Source: Camelus dromedarius (taxonomy: Eukaryota). From it: a DNA stretch of 64,000 bases. Numbering within the stretch: position 1 is the first letter of the stretch; every line of letters begins with the position of its first letter. Position numbers and translations under genes: made by a program. Positions 22,794-38,778 of the stretch are shown one piece after another. The stretch is taken from the NCBI RefSeq assembly GCF_036321535.1, contig NC_087437.1, forward strand, positions 2,542,001-2,606,000, written 5' to 3'. The notes under the pieces were generated by a model that was not told the origin of the DNA, made no database searches, and saw only the letters and a list, made by a program, of their open reading frames with translations.

Positions 22794-24386
22794 TAGTTTT
22801 ATTTTCCTTCATGTTGTCTTTGTCAGATTCATCCGTATCACATGCAGTTATAGGTATCTGATTCTCATTGCTGCATAGTAGTTTAGTGTGTCTCAATTTG
22901 TTTACCCACACCACTGTTGACAGATATTTACAGTTTATAGCTTGGGACTATTATAATTAATGCTATGAATATCCTAGTACATGTCTTTCAATAAACATAT
23001 GTGCTTATTGGTGATAGGTATAGACCTAGGAGTAGGATTGCTGGGTCACAGGGTATGCACGGGTTTGGCTTAATTTAAGCACACTCCGCCAAACAACGTT
23101 CCAAAGTGGTTGGACCAACTTATGCTCCCTCCCATCAAGAGTGTGTGAGATTTGCTATTGCTCCACATTCATGCCAACACTTGCTTTTTCCATCTTTTAG
23201 ATGTCAACTATCAGGTGTGTATCATGAAGTGGTTCTCATGTTTTAGCCTAGAAGTCAAATTGGTTTTTCTTCACATTTAGGTATGCAATCCATATGGAGT
23301 CAGTTTTCACGTATGGTATAAGTTAAGGGTCAAGTCACATTATTTCTTTCATATAGATATTCAACTGACCCAGCACCGTTTGTTGAAAAGGTTAGCCTTT
23401 ACCATACTGTTTTGATGAGTGTAGCTTTGTAGCATAGTTTGAAGTCAGGGAGCATGATACCTCCAGCTTTGTTCTTCTTTATCAAGACTGTTTGGCTATT
23501 TAGGTCTTTTGTGTGGGAAAGTATACTGTGTTCATATATTGGAAGAATTAGTATTGTTGAAATGACCACACAATCAAAGGAAATCTGCAGACTCAATACA
23601 ACACCTATCAAAATACCAATGGCACTTTTCACAAAATTGCAACAAATCATTCTAAAATTTGTATGAAAACACAGAAGATACTGAAGGGAAACCTCCTAAT
23701 TCATTCTATGAGGCCAGCATTACCAAAACCAGATAGTCTTTACAAGAAAACTACAGACCATTATCTCTCATGAACACAAATGCAACAATCATCAACAAAA
23801 TACTAGCAAATCAAAACCAACAATATATGAAAAGAATTATACACCAAGACTATGTGAGATTAATCCCAGTTATGCAAGGTTGGTTAACATTTGGATATCC
23901 ATTAATGCAATCCATTACATCAGCAGCTAAAGAAGAAAAAAAAACGCATGATTATATCAATGCATACAGAAAAAAACCTTTGACAAAGTTCAACATTCAT
24001 TCTTGATAAAAAAAAAAAAACTCTCAGCAAGTTGGGAATAGAGGGGAATTCCCTCAACTTGATAAAGAATAGCTACAGTGAACTGATCTTGATGAATCAC
24101 AAAGGTATGACAATGGAGAAAAGATAATCTCTTCAACAAATGGCAGTGGAACAACCAGACATCCACATATTTAAAAACCCAAGAGTCTAGAGACAGACCT
24201 TATACCTTTCAAAAAAAAAAAGTAACTTAAAATGGATGATAGACCTTAATGTAAAATGCAAAATTATAAAATTCCTAGGAGGTAACATAGAAAAAATTCT
24301 AGATGGTGCTCGGTATGGTGATGACTATTTAGATACAACACCAAAGTCACGGTCCATGAAAGAAAGAATTGATAAGGTACACTCAT

Positions 24387-24460
<74 letters not shown>
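24387..24460. repeat. (AAC)n microsatellite, ~24 units
   Basis: Perfect aac run. Confidence 0.97.
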
Positions 24461-27400
24461 AGTTCTTCTCTGTGAAAGACACTGGCAAGAGAATGAGAAA
24501 ACAAGCCACAAACTGAGAGAAAGTATTTGCAAAAGATTTATTCAACAAAGGACTGTTATTCACAATATACAAAGAACTCTTAAAATTAAATAACAACATG
24601 ATTTAAAAATGGGCAAAAGACCTGAACAGATACCTCACCGAAGAGGATAAACATGAGAAATTAGCATATGAAAAAATGCTCAACATTATATACCGTTAGA
24701 AAGTTGTAAACTAAAACAACAGTAAGATACCACTACATACCTATCAGAATGGCCAGACATCTGTAACACTGAGAACACCAAATGCTGACAAGGATGTGGA
24801 ACAACAAGAGCTTTCCTCTTTTGCTGGTGGGAATGCAAACATGGAACAGTCACTTTGGGAGACAGCTGGACAGTTTCTTACAAAACTAAACATACTCCTA
24901 CCATACGATCCAGCAATTGTACCCCTCGGTATTTACCCAAAGGAATTAAAAGCTTGTGTACCTGCACATGGATACAAAAACCTGCACATGGAAGTTTATA
25001 ACAGCTTTATTCACAATTTCAAAAACTTGGAAGCAACCAACTTGTCCTTCATTTGGTGAATTAATAAGTAAACCATGGTACATCCAGGCAATGTAACATT
25101 ATTCAGCACTAAAAGGAAATGAGCTCTCAAGCCATGGAAAGACATGGAAGAGGCTTAAATACCTGTTACTAAATGGAAGAAGACAATCTGAAATGGCTGC
25201 ATACTGTATGATTCCAATATATGAAATTCTAGATCAGGTACAGTTATGCAGACAGTAAAAAGATCAGTGATTTCTAGGGGTTCAGAAAGAGGGAGGAAGA
25301 AATAACTCTGTGGAGCACAGAGGATTTTTAGGGCCATGTAACTATTCCATATGGTAGTATAATAGTGATACATGTCACTATACATTTGTCAAAACCCACA
25401 GAGTGAACCCTAGTGGACTTTTGGTGTAGTGTATCAATGATGTATCAATTTAGATTGATTATCCAATAACATACAAATGTACTCTCTGGTAAAAGCGTTG
25501 GTAGTAGGGGAGGTTGTGCATGTCTGGGAGCAAGGGGTAACTTCTGTATTTTCTGCTCAATTTTGCTATGAACATAAAATAAACATAAAATAAACACAGC
25601 CTCTTAAGAAAATATTTTTAAATAAAAAATAGAAAAAAGGGACAATCCCCTACTCATTTTTGAGTCTAGTATTAGCCTTAAAAGACCTTGTAAGAAAATT
25701 ACAAATCAGTATCTTATGAAAATAGACATACAATTTTCTAGTAAAATTATAGCAAATTAAATCCAGAGATTTATAAAAGGAATACTACATCACAAACAAG
25801 TGGGGGGGGCGGTTTCTTATGATGCAAACCTAGTTAAAGAGACATCACTGATGTAACCCATTATATTAACTGACTAAAGGATGATGCAGCAATTTTTTTC
25901 AGTAAAGGACAAAACAGCAAATATTTAAAGCTTTGTGGGTGACATACACTTTTTACAGAATATTATTATTATTTTTACAATCCATTAAAAAATGTAAAAA
26001 ATGTGTTTTAGCTTGCTGCCTCTACACAAACAGCCAGTGGGCAGGATTCGGTCTGTGGGTCACAGTATGCTGATCCCTGGACTAAGAAAAAATCAAAACC
26101 ATATGATTATATTTGCTGATGCAGAAAAGAAACCTGAAACTTTCAAAATATATCCATCATTAAAAACTCTAGCCAATTAGGAATACAAGGGGACTTCCTT
26201 CATCTGATGAAGGGCATCTACAGAAAAAATCTACAGCTAACATCATACATAGTAGTAAAAGAGTTAATGTTTTATCCCAGAATCAAGAACAAAGCAAGGA
26301 TATAAAACTTTTACCACTCCTATTCAACATCCTACATTGACTAGTCAGTACAATAAAGCAAGGGGGAAAAAAGCATAGAAATTGGAAAGGATGATATGAT
26401 CATGAAAGTAGAAATCTCCAGAATCTATAAAAAGTTGGAATTAGTAGGTGAATTTTAGCAAAGTTGCACAATAAAAGGTCAATGTACAAAAATTAAATTG
26501 TATAGAATGTTAATGAAAAATAAGAAGCCAGCTCTTTTTTTAAATACCATTTAAATAGCTTCTTTTAAAAAAAAAAAAAAAAAAAGGAAATACTTTGATA
26601 CAAATCTAAGAAATACATTCAGGCACTGTATACTTAAAACTAAAAGCTAACGAAAGAAAACAAAGGATGTCTGAAAGTCTAAATAAATGGAAAGATAGAT
26701 CATGCTCATGGATTGAAAGTCTCAATAGAGTTAAAGTATCAACCCTTTAAAACAAAAAAATCTATAGATTTAACCCAATTTCAATAAAAACCCCAGTATT
26801 ACCTATTGTGTATATTGACACATTAATTTTAAAGTCTATATAGAAAGTGATAATAACTATAATAGCAAAAATATTTTTGAAAAGAAGAAAATCTGATTTT
26901 AAGACTTACTATAAAGTGACAGTTATGACACTCAAGATAATATGGTACTGATGAAAGGAAAAACATACAGATCAATGGAACCAGACAGTTCATGAATCCA
27001 CACAAATACAGGCTTTTCTACTGAGGTAAAATTACATAACATAAAATTCATCATTTTAACTATTTTTAAGAGTACAATTCTGTGCTATCTTTAGAACTAA
27101 GGTCTGTAGTAATTTCCTTACCTTCATTTCTGATTTTAGTAATTTGAGGCTTTTTTTTTTTTTTCTGATCACTCTAGCTAAGGTTTTGTCAATTTTGTTG
27201 CCCTTTTAAATGATTTATTTTCTCTCTTGTTTTTCTATTCTCTATCTCCACTATAATCTTGACTATTTCCTTCCTTCTACTCATTTTGTGTTTAGTTTAT
27301 TCTTCTTGATTAATTGATTTGAGATATTTATTTTTAATATGGGCATTTAAAACTATACATTTCTCTGAGTATATACTTCATTGCATCACGTAAGTTTGGG

Positions 27401-28327
27401 TACAGCATGTTTATGTTTTTTGTTTTCATTTGTTTTAAGGTATTTTCTAATTTGATTTTGGGGGGGGTCCATTGGTTGTTTGTGTTGTTACTGTGGACGT
27501 ATATGTGAATTTTCCAGTTTTTCTTCTGTTATGTCAGGGACACTTTCATGGGAATTTCTCTATTTCCTTGGGCAGAGGAAGGAATTCATGAGGAGACCAG
27601 AAAAAAGCAGAACAAAGTGGAATGGATTCTGGCCGCCTAGTCACAGAGCTACTTGTCTTCAACATTTAATAAAATAAGTTTATATTTTATTTAAATGACT
27701 CTCTCCAGCAATGACAGTGACAACTACAGAGAAACTTAAGTATTTATCCTACAATAGGGGAGAGAGGTAATAATGTAGCAGAGAGAGGGGTGGGATAACA
27801 GAAGAGGATAAAAGATAAGGAACAAAATTACAATCGTGTGGAAATTTGTATGGCCAAGGTGACATTGAAGATAATTTGGCAAAAGAATGGTTATGCTAGG
27901 GGTTTTAAACACTGGCTGTGCATTTCACTCAACCTGGGGAATTGATTAAATAATTTCCAGACCTTCACTCCAAACCACAGACCATGAAAAAAGGAAAAGA
28001 CTGAAGACTTGGGTTTGTAACAAAATTTTAATGCAGTTATTCATCCAAAGATATCGTTTTCAAAAGTGAACACGGAAGCCATGAGTTCAACTTCTAGGAA
28101 TGGTGAAGCAGATAATTTTAAACAATAAACACACTGAGTACTACTATAAAAATGATGCAAAACCTTTTAGTCTGTTGTAAAGCATCAGAGAACTAATAAA
28201 GAAGGACATTTTTAGCTATAATCCAGGAGCCTAACATTTGCTGCCTTTTTTTCCCTAGAAAAAAAAGAACTTACCAATTCTATGAATGGCAGCAGAAATC
28301 CTGAGAAGATAAGCTAGGAACTGATAC

Positions 28328-29700
<1,373 letters not shown>

Positions 29701-30829
29701 ATTAATTTCTGTCTTATTAGACTTTCCTAGTAGCAGGAAATAAATGGCTCTTTCTAGCAGGTACATCAGAGCGGACAGAGACTCACGGACGTCTTTTTCT
29801 TCCAGCTCACTTTGGACTAAAGAAAGAATTGATAACACCCCTAAGGAATATCAACTTTATCATCATTTGAATATTAGGGGATCAGAGCTGTCCTGAAAGG
29901 ATGCTTGAAAACATTAGCAAAATACAAAACAGGTGGAATGGCTCAATAAGAGGTGGACATTCCTGGAAACAGCTGGAAAATGTTACCTAGCACTACTATC
30001 AAACGGTGTGTCACTGGTCTGAAACATAACATCGGGTATTTTTATAGGCCTATATGGTCCTACTGTAACAATTAACACCCGGGAAAGCAGTATATTGATC
30101 CTTTAAAAAGATAAAAAGCATCTTCTTCGACCACGGAACAGAGAGAAAGATGATGCAATGAGGGAAATACAAGCTTCAGGATGGATTCAGCAATGACAGA
30201 CTGAAAAGGGAAGGAAATTTCAAATAAGCCCCAAACTCAACACTCTCCCATATCTACTGAAACAATCAATAACAGCAGTCCCCTGACCTCAGTCACTGAC
30301 CCAGGATAAATCCTTGTGACCCAGGTGAATCCTGCAGGTTTTATTCTCTATTTTGCAAGCCTGACCTGTGATCAGTGGCAATTTAGATATTAACTGGAGA
30401 AATTTATTTTTGTTTATTTTCTTTAGCTGTTCAGTTAACACTACTTGTTCTATAAATAAGACTGCACTAAGCTTTGTTTTCTTCCAGGATTACTTTTCAT
30501 CAGTTCTATTTAAGAATTTCCCTCTCTCTGAAACGCCACATTCTCTCACTATACATTTGTTCCCAATGACAACACGGCAGCAGGAGCATTCATTCCAGCC
30601 ACTGGCTTAAAATCTCTTCGGTCAAATATGTGTAAATTATCTAATCCGTCAAGGTAAACTAGTCCTCTGCTACAGCAGTATTAGGAAGTCCCAACTTTAT
30701 CTGTACAGCATAGAAAATAGTCATTTTTCTCAAGGGTTTAATTTTGGGCTTTTAACATGAATCAGTTTGCCAGTTATTAATAGTTCCCTCATTGGTTGCA
30801 TCTCTGTAGTCAAATTAGAGATGAGGATT

Positions 30830-31410
30830 TTTAAACGGGTAGAAGACATGAGTGGACATGTCACCAAACCAGGTACACAACTGGTAAGTAAGCACATAAA
30901 GAGACACTACTGTCATAGTCACGAGGGAGAGGCGGAGCGAGACCACATGCAGTACCACTCACACCCTCTCCAGACGGGACAGAATCAAAAGGAGGTGTTG
31001 GGAAGGAGGTGAAGAACTGAAACACCTGATACCTGCTGACAGAGGGTAAAATGGTACTCTGGAAAATGGTTTGGTGCTTTCTTTAAAAATTAAAAACATA
31101 TCAATCTGACAAAGTATCAAGGCATTAAAGCCAAAGGAAGTGAGGAACTGCTCTGGCCTGAAGGGGACCATGCAGACAGGGGCTACGTGCACCATGCGCC
31201 CGCCAAGCAGGGGCCGAAGGGCAGGAAGCAGTCCCGGCTGGCGCGCCCTGCCCGACGCGCACGGCTGTGTTACGGTCCCACAGGGGTGCCGCGTGGGGTG
31301 TGCTGGGGAGACGGAGCACTGTACCAGGAACTCACTCTCATGACACAGAGAGAAACCTTCCTTATACTCTCTTTACACTATTTCTATACATTTAAGATTG
31401 CTGAAAAAAT
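30830..31410 (+). mobile_element. Old L1 fragments including an L1MC4-like 3' end with a strong local GC shift
   Basis: aaagccaaaggaagtgaggaactgctctggcctgaaggggacc aligns by eye to the L1MC4-type 3'UTR. Confidence 0.6.
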
Positions 31411-34400
31411 TTGTTAAATACACAGCATTTAAAACATCTTTATTACAGAAAAAAAAATCATGGCCTCCCCTTTCCACTCTCTACTCTTTTAATCAAGTTC
31501 TGGTTTTCTTCACAGCACCTAGCAGCGGCTGAAGCATCATGTGTGCAGGATAGTCCGCCTCCCCCTCTGAGAGTAAATTCCTGCAAGTGCTGGGACCAGG
31601 TCTGGTCTCCACCCAGCTCCAGTGCCCGCACACTGGCCAGTGCACAGGGTATTCGTGTTTGTTTGATAAGTTAACCTGCAGTCTTATTATGCTTTAAAAT
31701 AAAATCATTTACCATCCCTTCCCCCCAAAACACACACACACATCACTTGCTCACAGCAACTCTAACCCTGTGTACCCAAAATAAGTGAAAATGTATGTCC
31801 ACATAAGAACTTAGAGATGAATGTTCATTGCACAATTATTCACAACAGACAAAAACCGGACACATTCCAAATGTCCATAATCTACTGAAGCCATCCAATT
31901 AATTACTGTTTGATGACAAAAAGCTACAGAACTACTTGTCCTGGCAATAACATGGATGAATCTCAAAATATTATTATAGGTGAGGAAAACACCAGATAAA
32001 AAGCTTTTTGGAATGATGAAAATGTTCTAAAATGGCTTTGGTGATGACTGCACAACTGTAAATATGCAGTGAACTGAACATTTGAATTTTATGAGTTTTA
32101 CACTATGTTGATATAGCTGTTTTAAAATAAAAAGCAGAGAACAAGGGACAGCCTCCTTCTGCTTGCTGTTTGGTCAATTTAAAAGAAAACCAGGATGGTA
32201 TAAAGACAGGGATGAGCCTCTGAAGGGAGCTCGTTAACCTGAAGTAATAAAGTCCAGACCCGGACAGTCAGCAGCAGTGGCAGTCTCACACTCTTCCCCA
32301 GTGCCTGGTGCCTCCAGGCCACCTCAAAGGGAACTCTCAGAGTCTCCACTGGATGCCACCACCAGCACCCCCCCAGCACATGGGCAGGAGGCTCTGGGAG
32401 TGCCTGGGCTTGGAAACCACAAACCCATCAGTGCCAGCACAAAATGCAAACTACAGCGACAAAGTTTGAATGTGTGTAGAAGACTCTGGCCAAAAAAGAA
32501 ACTTCACCTTCTGGGTTAAGATGTGCCACCCATTTTTCATTTCTCAACCATAGTTTTATGTCTTACAACAGATTATATAATTCTTAAATAGGGGGGACAA
32601 TCATGTTACAGCTTCAAAGTCTCTAAAATTATTTTAGGGGGCATATGTAAGACAAAAGAAAAGTATCTGCTAACTGCAGGAACTGCTCAGAGGTGGTTTA
32701 TCTTCATTTAATTATGATAAAAAGAACAACCCACTTTAAAAACAGGTTTGTGCATAAGCCATCTTTTTCAGTTTTCTAGATGCACAAAAATTGGGAGGGT
32801 CACTTAAAATCAAATGATTTATCAATAAACTCTAGAAAAAAGAAAAGAGTATCTTAGACCTGTGTCTGTGATAAGTGCAATAAAAAAAAGAAATGAAAAG
32901 AAACTCTTTAGAAGGAACCTAAAGCCAAGGCCTGATCAAGCCTTTTCAATCCTCTCTCCAAGCCAGCCATCCACCGACCACGAGCTGCCTGGAGACCTGG
33001 TGCTTTGTTCACTGAAGTAGCTGAACGGCTAGTCTGTGTGCCAGTGCAGACACACACCACTTGCTGAATTAATTAGTAACTGGGAAGCCCAGGTGGAGTC
33101 AGCGGCTCTGTCCTGAATGATCTTATATCAGTGTTTTCACAGAGTGACACAGTAACCTATTTCCTTATCAGTCTGTCTCCAACAGGACCTGCAGCACCCC
33201 TCAGGGAGGCCGGGAATGGGACCAGGGCCTGGCAGAGAAGATGCTTTAACTGACAAATCTCACCAGAAGAGGGGGCTGCCCTAGCCCACACCGCTGTTGG
33301 ACCCAAGCCTGACAGTCTCACTTCCATGGACTCTGCTTTGCACTCCAGGACGATGTCCAAGAGACTGAGGTGACGGACCCCGGCCCTGCCAGGCCCACTC
33401 ACTTCCAGGGAGTGATGACCAGAGCACTAACCCGAGGCCTAGGGCTCAGCGCTCACCTGTGTGTTTCACCCAATCCTCCGAGCCCTGAGGTGGGTATCGC
33501 TACCCCTTCTCCACAGGACAGAAGAACAAGCTCAGGTCACAGACAGGTGTCCAGAGCCCAGACTCTCACCCGCTCTATTGTACAGATGCCCAGCCACGGA
33601 TCAGAACATGGGCCCAGATAACCTGTTCTGAAGTCAGTCAGTCGGTAGTGGGTTCCTGGATGTTTACTGTTAGGCTGCAGGACTCACATGTTATACATGT
33701 ATCCAGTATTACAGAGATTGTAAAGAATGCCACCCAGCTTGACTGCCACCTCCACACCACCAGAGACAGGAAGGCAGAAGAGCCCTAAAAGCCACCCAAA
33801 GCCCCTCTCCTGCTGAAACAACCAGTGGTGGACACTGGCCCAAGCTGGATCAGATCCTCTCCCTCAGGAGTCAGAGTGCTCTGAAGACACACACCTCTGG
33901 GCAGCTAGGGTCAGCTCTCTTCTGCCAAGTGCATGGGGATGTGGTAAAACTGAACACAGAAAAAAAAAAAACCAACAACAACAAAACAGCTGTGCAGAGA
34001 TGCAGGCTGCAACAAGATTTTGTAAATGTAAAGAGGGAGGGGAGTAGCTGCCTTGGTCTCACTTTTAGTTCCTGGTTACGTCCATACCTGAAACTAACTG
34101 CTCTTCCTGTCCCTGCAACACCATCAGAAACAGCCCTGGATCTGAATCACAAACTCCCCAATTTCTACAGCCCATTTTCTACAAGCCGTGCCTCAAACGC
34201 TTTAGCACCCTTCCCCACCTTTCCCTCAGCTAGCTCCACGTCATTCTCCAGGTCCCAGCTTAAAGAGCACTTTCTCCAGGAAACCCTCCCAGACTACTCC
34301 ACAAAAACTTTGCTCCACTTTTTATGGGTAGAAAAGGGAGCACTCTGCACCTCACCATATTCAGTAAATGGGATTACTTTACTGTTAGGCTGTAAACACC

Positions 34401-37400
34401 AAAGTGTAAAAACTACTTCAATCCTATTGCTTAGCACACAAGCCAGGTACACGCTCAATAACGTTACTAAATGAATGAAAATCAAGAAACTGATGGGGGA
34501 CAGAGGAGTGACAAGGATAAACACAGGTAAACACCCTTCTGAGAAATGTGAAGCTGCTTTGACCCTACCTCCCTCACCCCTTCCAAGTTTCTGGTTCCTC
34601 CCTCTTGCATCTCCACAACAGGCCCAAGCTGGTCATGACAATCATCTTTTTATACCTTGGTGCCAACAAACTCAGGAACCCAGGCTGCAGGAAGCACGTT
34701 TCCAGGTAACTCGCTGTAACACAGGAAAGTCTATAGTAGTTCAGGGGAAAAGACATTACTCCGTTTTGAGGTCTAAACAAATCTCAGTTCTGCTGTACAT
34801 TTACTGGCTCTGAACCCTAGACAAGTTACCTGAGACCCAGTTTCCTTATCTGTAAGCTAAAAAAAAAAAAAAAAAAAAAACCTCAAAGGTGAATATGAAA
34901 ATGAGTTTGAAACCATAGCACCTAAGGCAAGCTTCCAACTAACACTAGTCAGCTGGTCACGGTGAAGTCCACGCAGACCTCACCCCTACACCCCACCCCC
35001 AGCTCCCACCAGCCACGGCCGGATTCAGAGCCCAGAGCCTGCCCTAAGGCTGTGCACCTGAGAGAGAACTTGGAGAACATCCTGTTGGCTTTCCAATGTA
35101 TGGGAGCCCTAAGAAGTGAAAGAGGAAACAGAAGCAAAGAGGAAGAAAGAGCATCTCAGGGTCAGGTGGGGGTGGGGGGCCGGGCAGAGCAGGCTGGACG
35201 CGGGGTCGGGTAGCTGGAGATGTCTGTCGGGGAATTTGGTTGTTTTCTACTTAGCAGGTACCTTACTGTGAGTAAGGTGAGGAATAAACTATACAGAGTT
35301 CCTGGAAAACTCAACTTCGATGCCTTTCAAAAACACCTTTTTACTTATGCTTGAGAACTGAGAACATACAAATTAAATTCAGCAGAATGGCATATATATT
35401 ATAGCCAATTACAGCCACCACCAGGAGCACACTATTAGGGATGTTACTGACACCAAAATGAATTCTGTCTGCATTTTACTTGCACTCGAATCTGTTCAGA
35501 AACTCTGGATATTCCGTTGCTCATGTGAGATGGCCTTCTCACAACTTTGAGCTCCAAAAACCATACAAGAGACTTTTTTTTTTATTAAAAGTTACATTAA
35601 CAGTTAAACCAGCACAACTAGGAATCTGGTCCGGAGTGTCTGTAGAGGATTTATACTACTGCTGGTCCTGCCTTTCAAACAGGTGGTACCAAAACCCAGC
35701 AAAGTTCCGGGGAGGGATTGGAGGAGGGCTAGAGCAGAGAGTAACAAGGGCAAGGTCATGGAGGAGATGAATCTCAGAGGGAGGCAGGACCTGCCCAGGG
35801 CCCATCCATTCTTGGGTATGGGCTGGAGGGGAACACCACTGGCATCTTAACAGGATGCTTCTCCGGTGCAGGGACTGACTGCCGTGTGCGTACTGCATGT
35901 GGGTCACTGGGCACGTCCACCTCCACCACATGCACACCGAAGGCCAGTAACACCTCCAATCAACGTAACAACAAAAAGCAAAACAAAATCCACATACATG
36001 TCAAAATGCCCCAGGAGACGGGAAAATCACACCCACTGAGTACCCCTACATAACCAGAAAGAAAACAGAACAAGCACAGAGGGTAGGAAGTCAAAGAGAG
36101 ACAACAAGGGAAACACAAAATCTGATGAGGAGCCAGCAGAAAAAGGGCATCCTTCAGTGGTTTTCACCTACCAACTCAAGTCCCAGCTCCTTAGAAAACA
36201 AAGACCTTCAGAACTCAGCCCTGCCCATCCCAGCTGCCTCCCCTCCAGCTCTGTCCCCAAGGTAGACAACTCCCTTCCCAGACAACTCCTGGTTTCCCTG
36301 ACCGGATGTGCCACGCTCAGACCTCTGTGCCCAGGCATGTGCATTCTGCTCTACCTGGAGAGCACGTCTCAAGGCAAACTCCCGGTCGTACATCCACACC
36401 CAGCGCCAAGGTTTGTGAAGCCAGACACAGGCAGCCCCACGCCACCTCGGCCTTCTGCCCTCACAGCCCTCCCCACGGGCCTTCCGTGCTCCCACCCAAC
36501 TGCATCCCACTGTCTGCAGCAGGAGCTACTGAAGGGCAGGCGCCCCTTGAGTCCTTGCAGGGAACTGGTGCTCAATGAATTCTAAGTGAATGACCTTGCA
36601 TGGAAGGTTTTTGTAAAAGGCTAACAAAGCAAATCACACAGAAAGCAGACAATAGATATTTTCTACTATTGAAAGCATGTATTTTTTTCAACTCTGATCT
36701 TTGGTTGAGCATCACTTAAGAACCAGACAGAGATGCTCTACCACTTCCTAGTTGGGTATCTGTGGGCAAATTAAGTAACCTCTATGGGTCTCAAATTTCC
36801 ACTTACTGAAAGGAATCACCCCTGCAATGTGGGTAAGAGGACTGATTAATATCTGCTTAAAATAAAACAAAAGTAACAGAAAGAGCTGACTAAATGGCAG
36901 TTCTGACTGGCCTGCCAGAGTCACAGACACCTTAACAGGACGAGACACTGTATCATCAGGAATGTCAGCACAATGGAATTTTGGTTAAAACTATGTTTTT
37001 AGGAGAGCTGAACGTCAACAAACCCAACAGTTTGTCCTCCCACTGAACCATGCTCTCTACAGTCCTCACTACCGATCCCTAGTGACCACTGTGTCCCCCA
37101 GCTCCGCTGACAATGTGGACTCCCAGGTCTCTGGTCTCTGACCACACCTCCTCCTCCTCCTCTGTAGCTTGCCTGCTCTGGACACCTAAATTCAGGCATT
37201 CCTTCAGCTCAACTCACACGTTTTTTCTCATCTTGTCCCTTCTCGAGGCTTCAATTACGATCTCTATGGAGATGACCTCACAATCTCTCAGTCACATTCA
37301 GAACATGTTTCAAGCTGAATTTATCCAACATAGATACTTAATTAGATGATGAAACATACAACTTGAACTTCTCTCTTTCATACCATTTTTCCCTTTTCCC

Positions 37401-38566
37401 CAAGTCTTACACATCTCACCAGTCCTCAGCTTCCTCTTCCTTTTCCCACCTCTTAAAACTACTTGCTTGCCAAGGTTCCTTCCTCGCTCTTTTGTTCTGT
37501 CTCACTGCTTCTTAATCTCTCTGGGATAATGAACACTTTGAAAATGTACTGAACCCTACAGATTCTCTACTAAAGAGATAAACACGCATAATATATGCAT
37601 GCAATATCACCTAACCTATGATCTCAAATAAGAATCTGTGTTCATCCACACCAGACTACCACTTACACAAATTTTCATCTCCAGATTCTACGTCCCTCTT
37701 ATTTTCAGGATGCCTTCTGGATATAGCCTAAAGGGCCAACAGCATCCTAAACTTAACGAGTCCAAACCAGAACTCACTATTTCTCCTTAACAAACCTCCT
37801 CTGCCTACAGCATTCCTCCTCTAACAAGGAATGTTACAGAAAGGAACCACCATGCCCCTAAGCTAGAAGCCTTGGAATTAACAACCTTCCCCATACCACA
37901 TCACCAGGTCCTGTCTTAGAATCTCTCCCAAATCCAAATTCCTCTTCAGCATCTTACCCTGTAAGACCTCATCATCCTTTGATTCATCCCATACCTGCCA
38001 TGATGAAAAGTCCACTACTCCTCTGACAAGACTCCGTTACTGACTCTAACGTCTCCATCTTCCATGCCACTACATCACTTCACCTCCAGAAGGTCACAAA
38101 GCCTGATTCTCCACCTCAGTTTTCTCCTGTCATTTCCACCAGTGTTCATGTAGGTTCTCCAAAAAATCTCAAAACTGATCATGCGCCTGCTTCTTCTTAA
38201 AAACTCTGATGCTTCTCCATCGCACAGATATAAAATCAAACTCCGTTCTGCCTACAGAGTCCTCCACAATTTGCCACCTAAGTCCTTTTCCAGGATTGGA
38301 TTCCACAGCTTAGATTGTCACTTGCACTTATTGTCTTCCTATCAAAACCACACCCACTCGGAAAGGCTCAATTCAGACTCCACTCTTTATATCCTCTACA
38401 TAATGATTAGGAAAGAACTTTGTACAGAAAAGGCAAAATTCCTACTGAACAGATTCAGAAAATGAAAAAAAATTTTCTTCCTCAAAATCTTTAAGTCCTT
38501 CTGGAAACATCAAGCTTTAAAAAATATCAGTGACTCAAATATTATTAACATTTCAATCAAGAAATC

Positions 38567-38778
38567 AAGAAGATAAAATAAAATAAAAATAGACAAAAAA
38601 CAAATTTCTTCTCTATAGCACAGGGAACTATACTCAATATCTTATAGTAACCTTTAGCGAAAAAGAATATGAAGCCAAATATATGTGTATGTACATATAT
38701 GTATGACAAACTATGATGTATACCAGAAATTGACACATTGTGACTACATCTCAATTAGAAAAATTAAATAAGTTAAAT
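38567..38778 (+). mobile_element. Short L1 3' end flanked by a 43-bp duplication
   Basis: tatagcacagggaactatactcaatatcttatag...ccagaaattgacacattgtgact; flanks 38524-38566 and 38779-38821. Confidence 0.8.

Larger units (their letters stand above)
22320..27530. mobile_element. Cluster of old L1 fragments on both strands, with a MER58-like element at ~25880-26080
   Basis: ORF2-like translations ([66 protein letters not shown]); orientation switch near 23510. Confidence 0.85.

Noticed and set aside
24264..24599. Poly-Val / poly-Asn ORFs
   Set aside because: Translation of the (AAC)n microsatellite within L1
33929..34474. 181-aa ORF
   Set aside because: No recognisable domain or splice context; overlaps low-complexity and old repeat-like sequence
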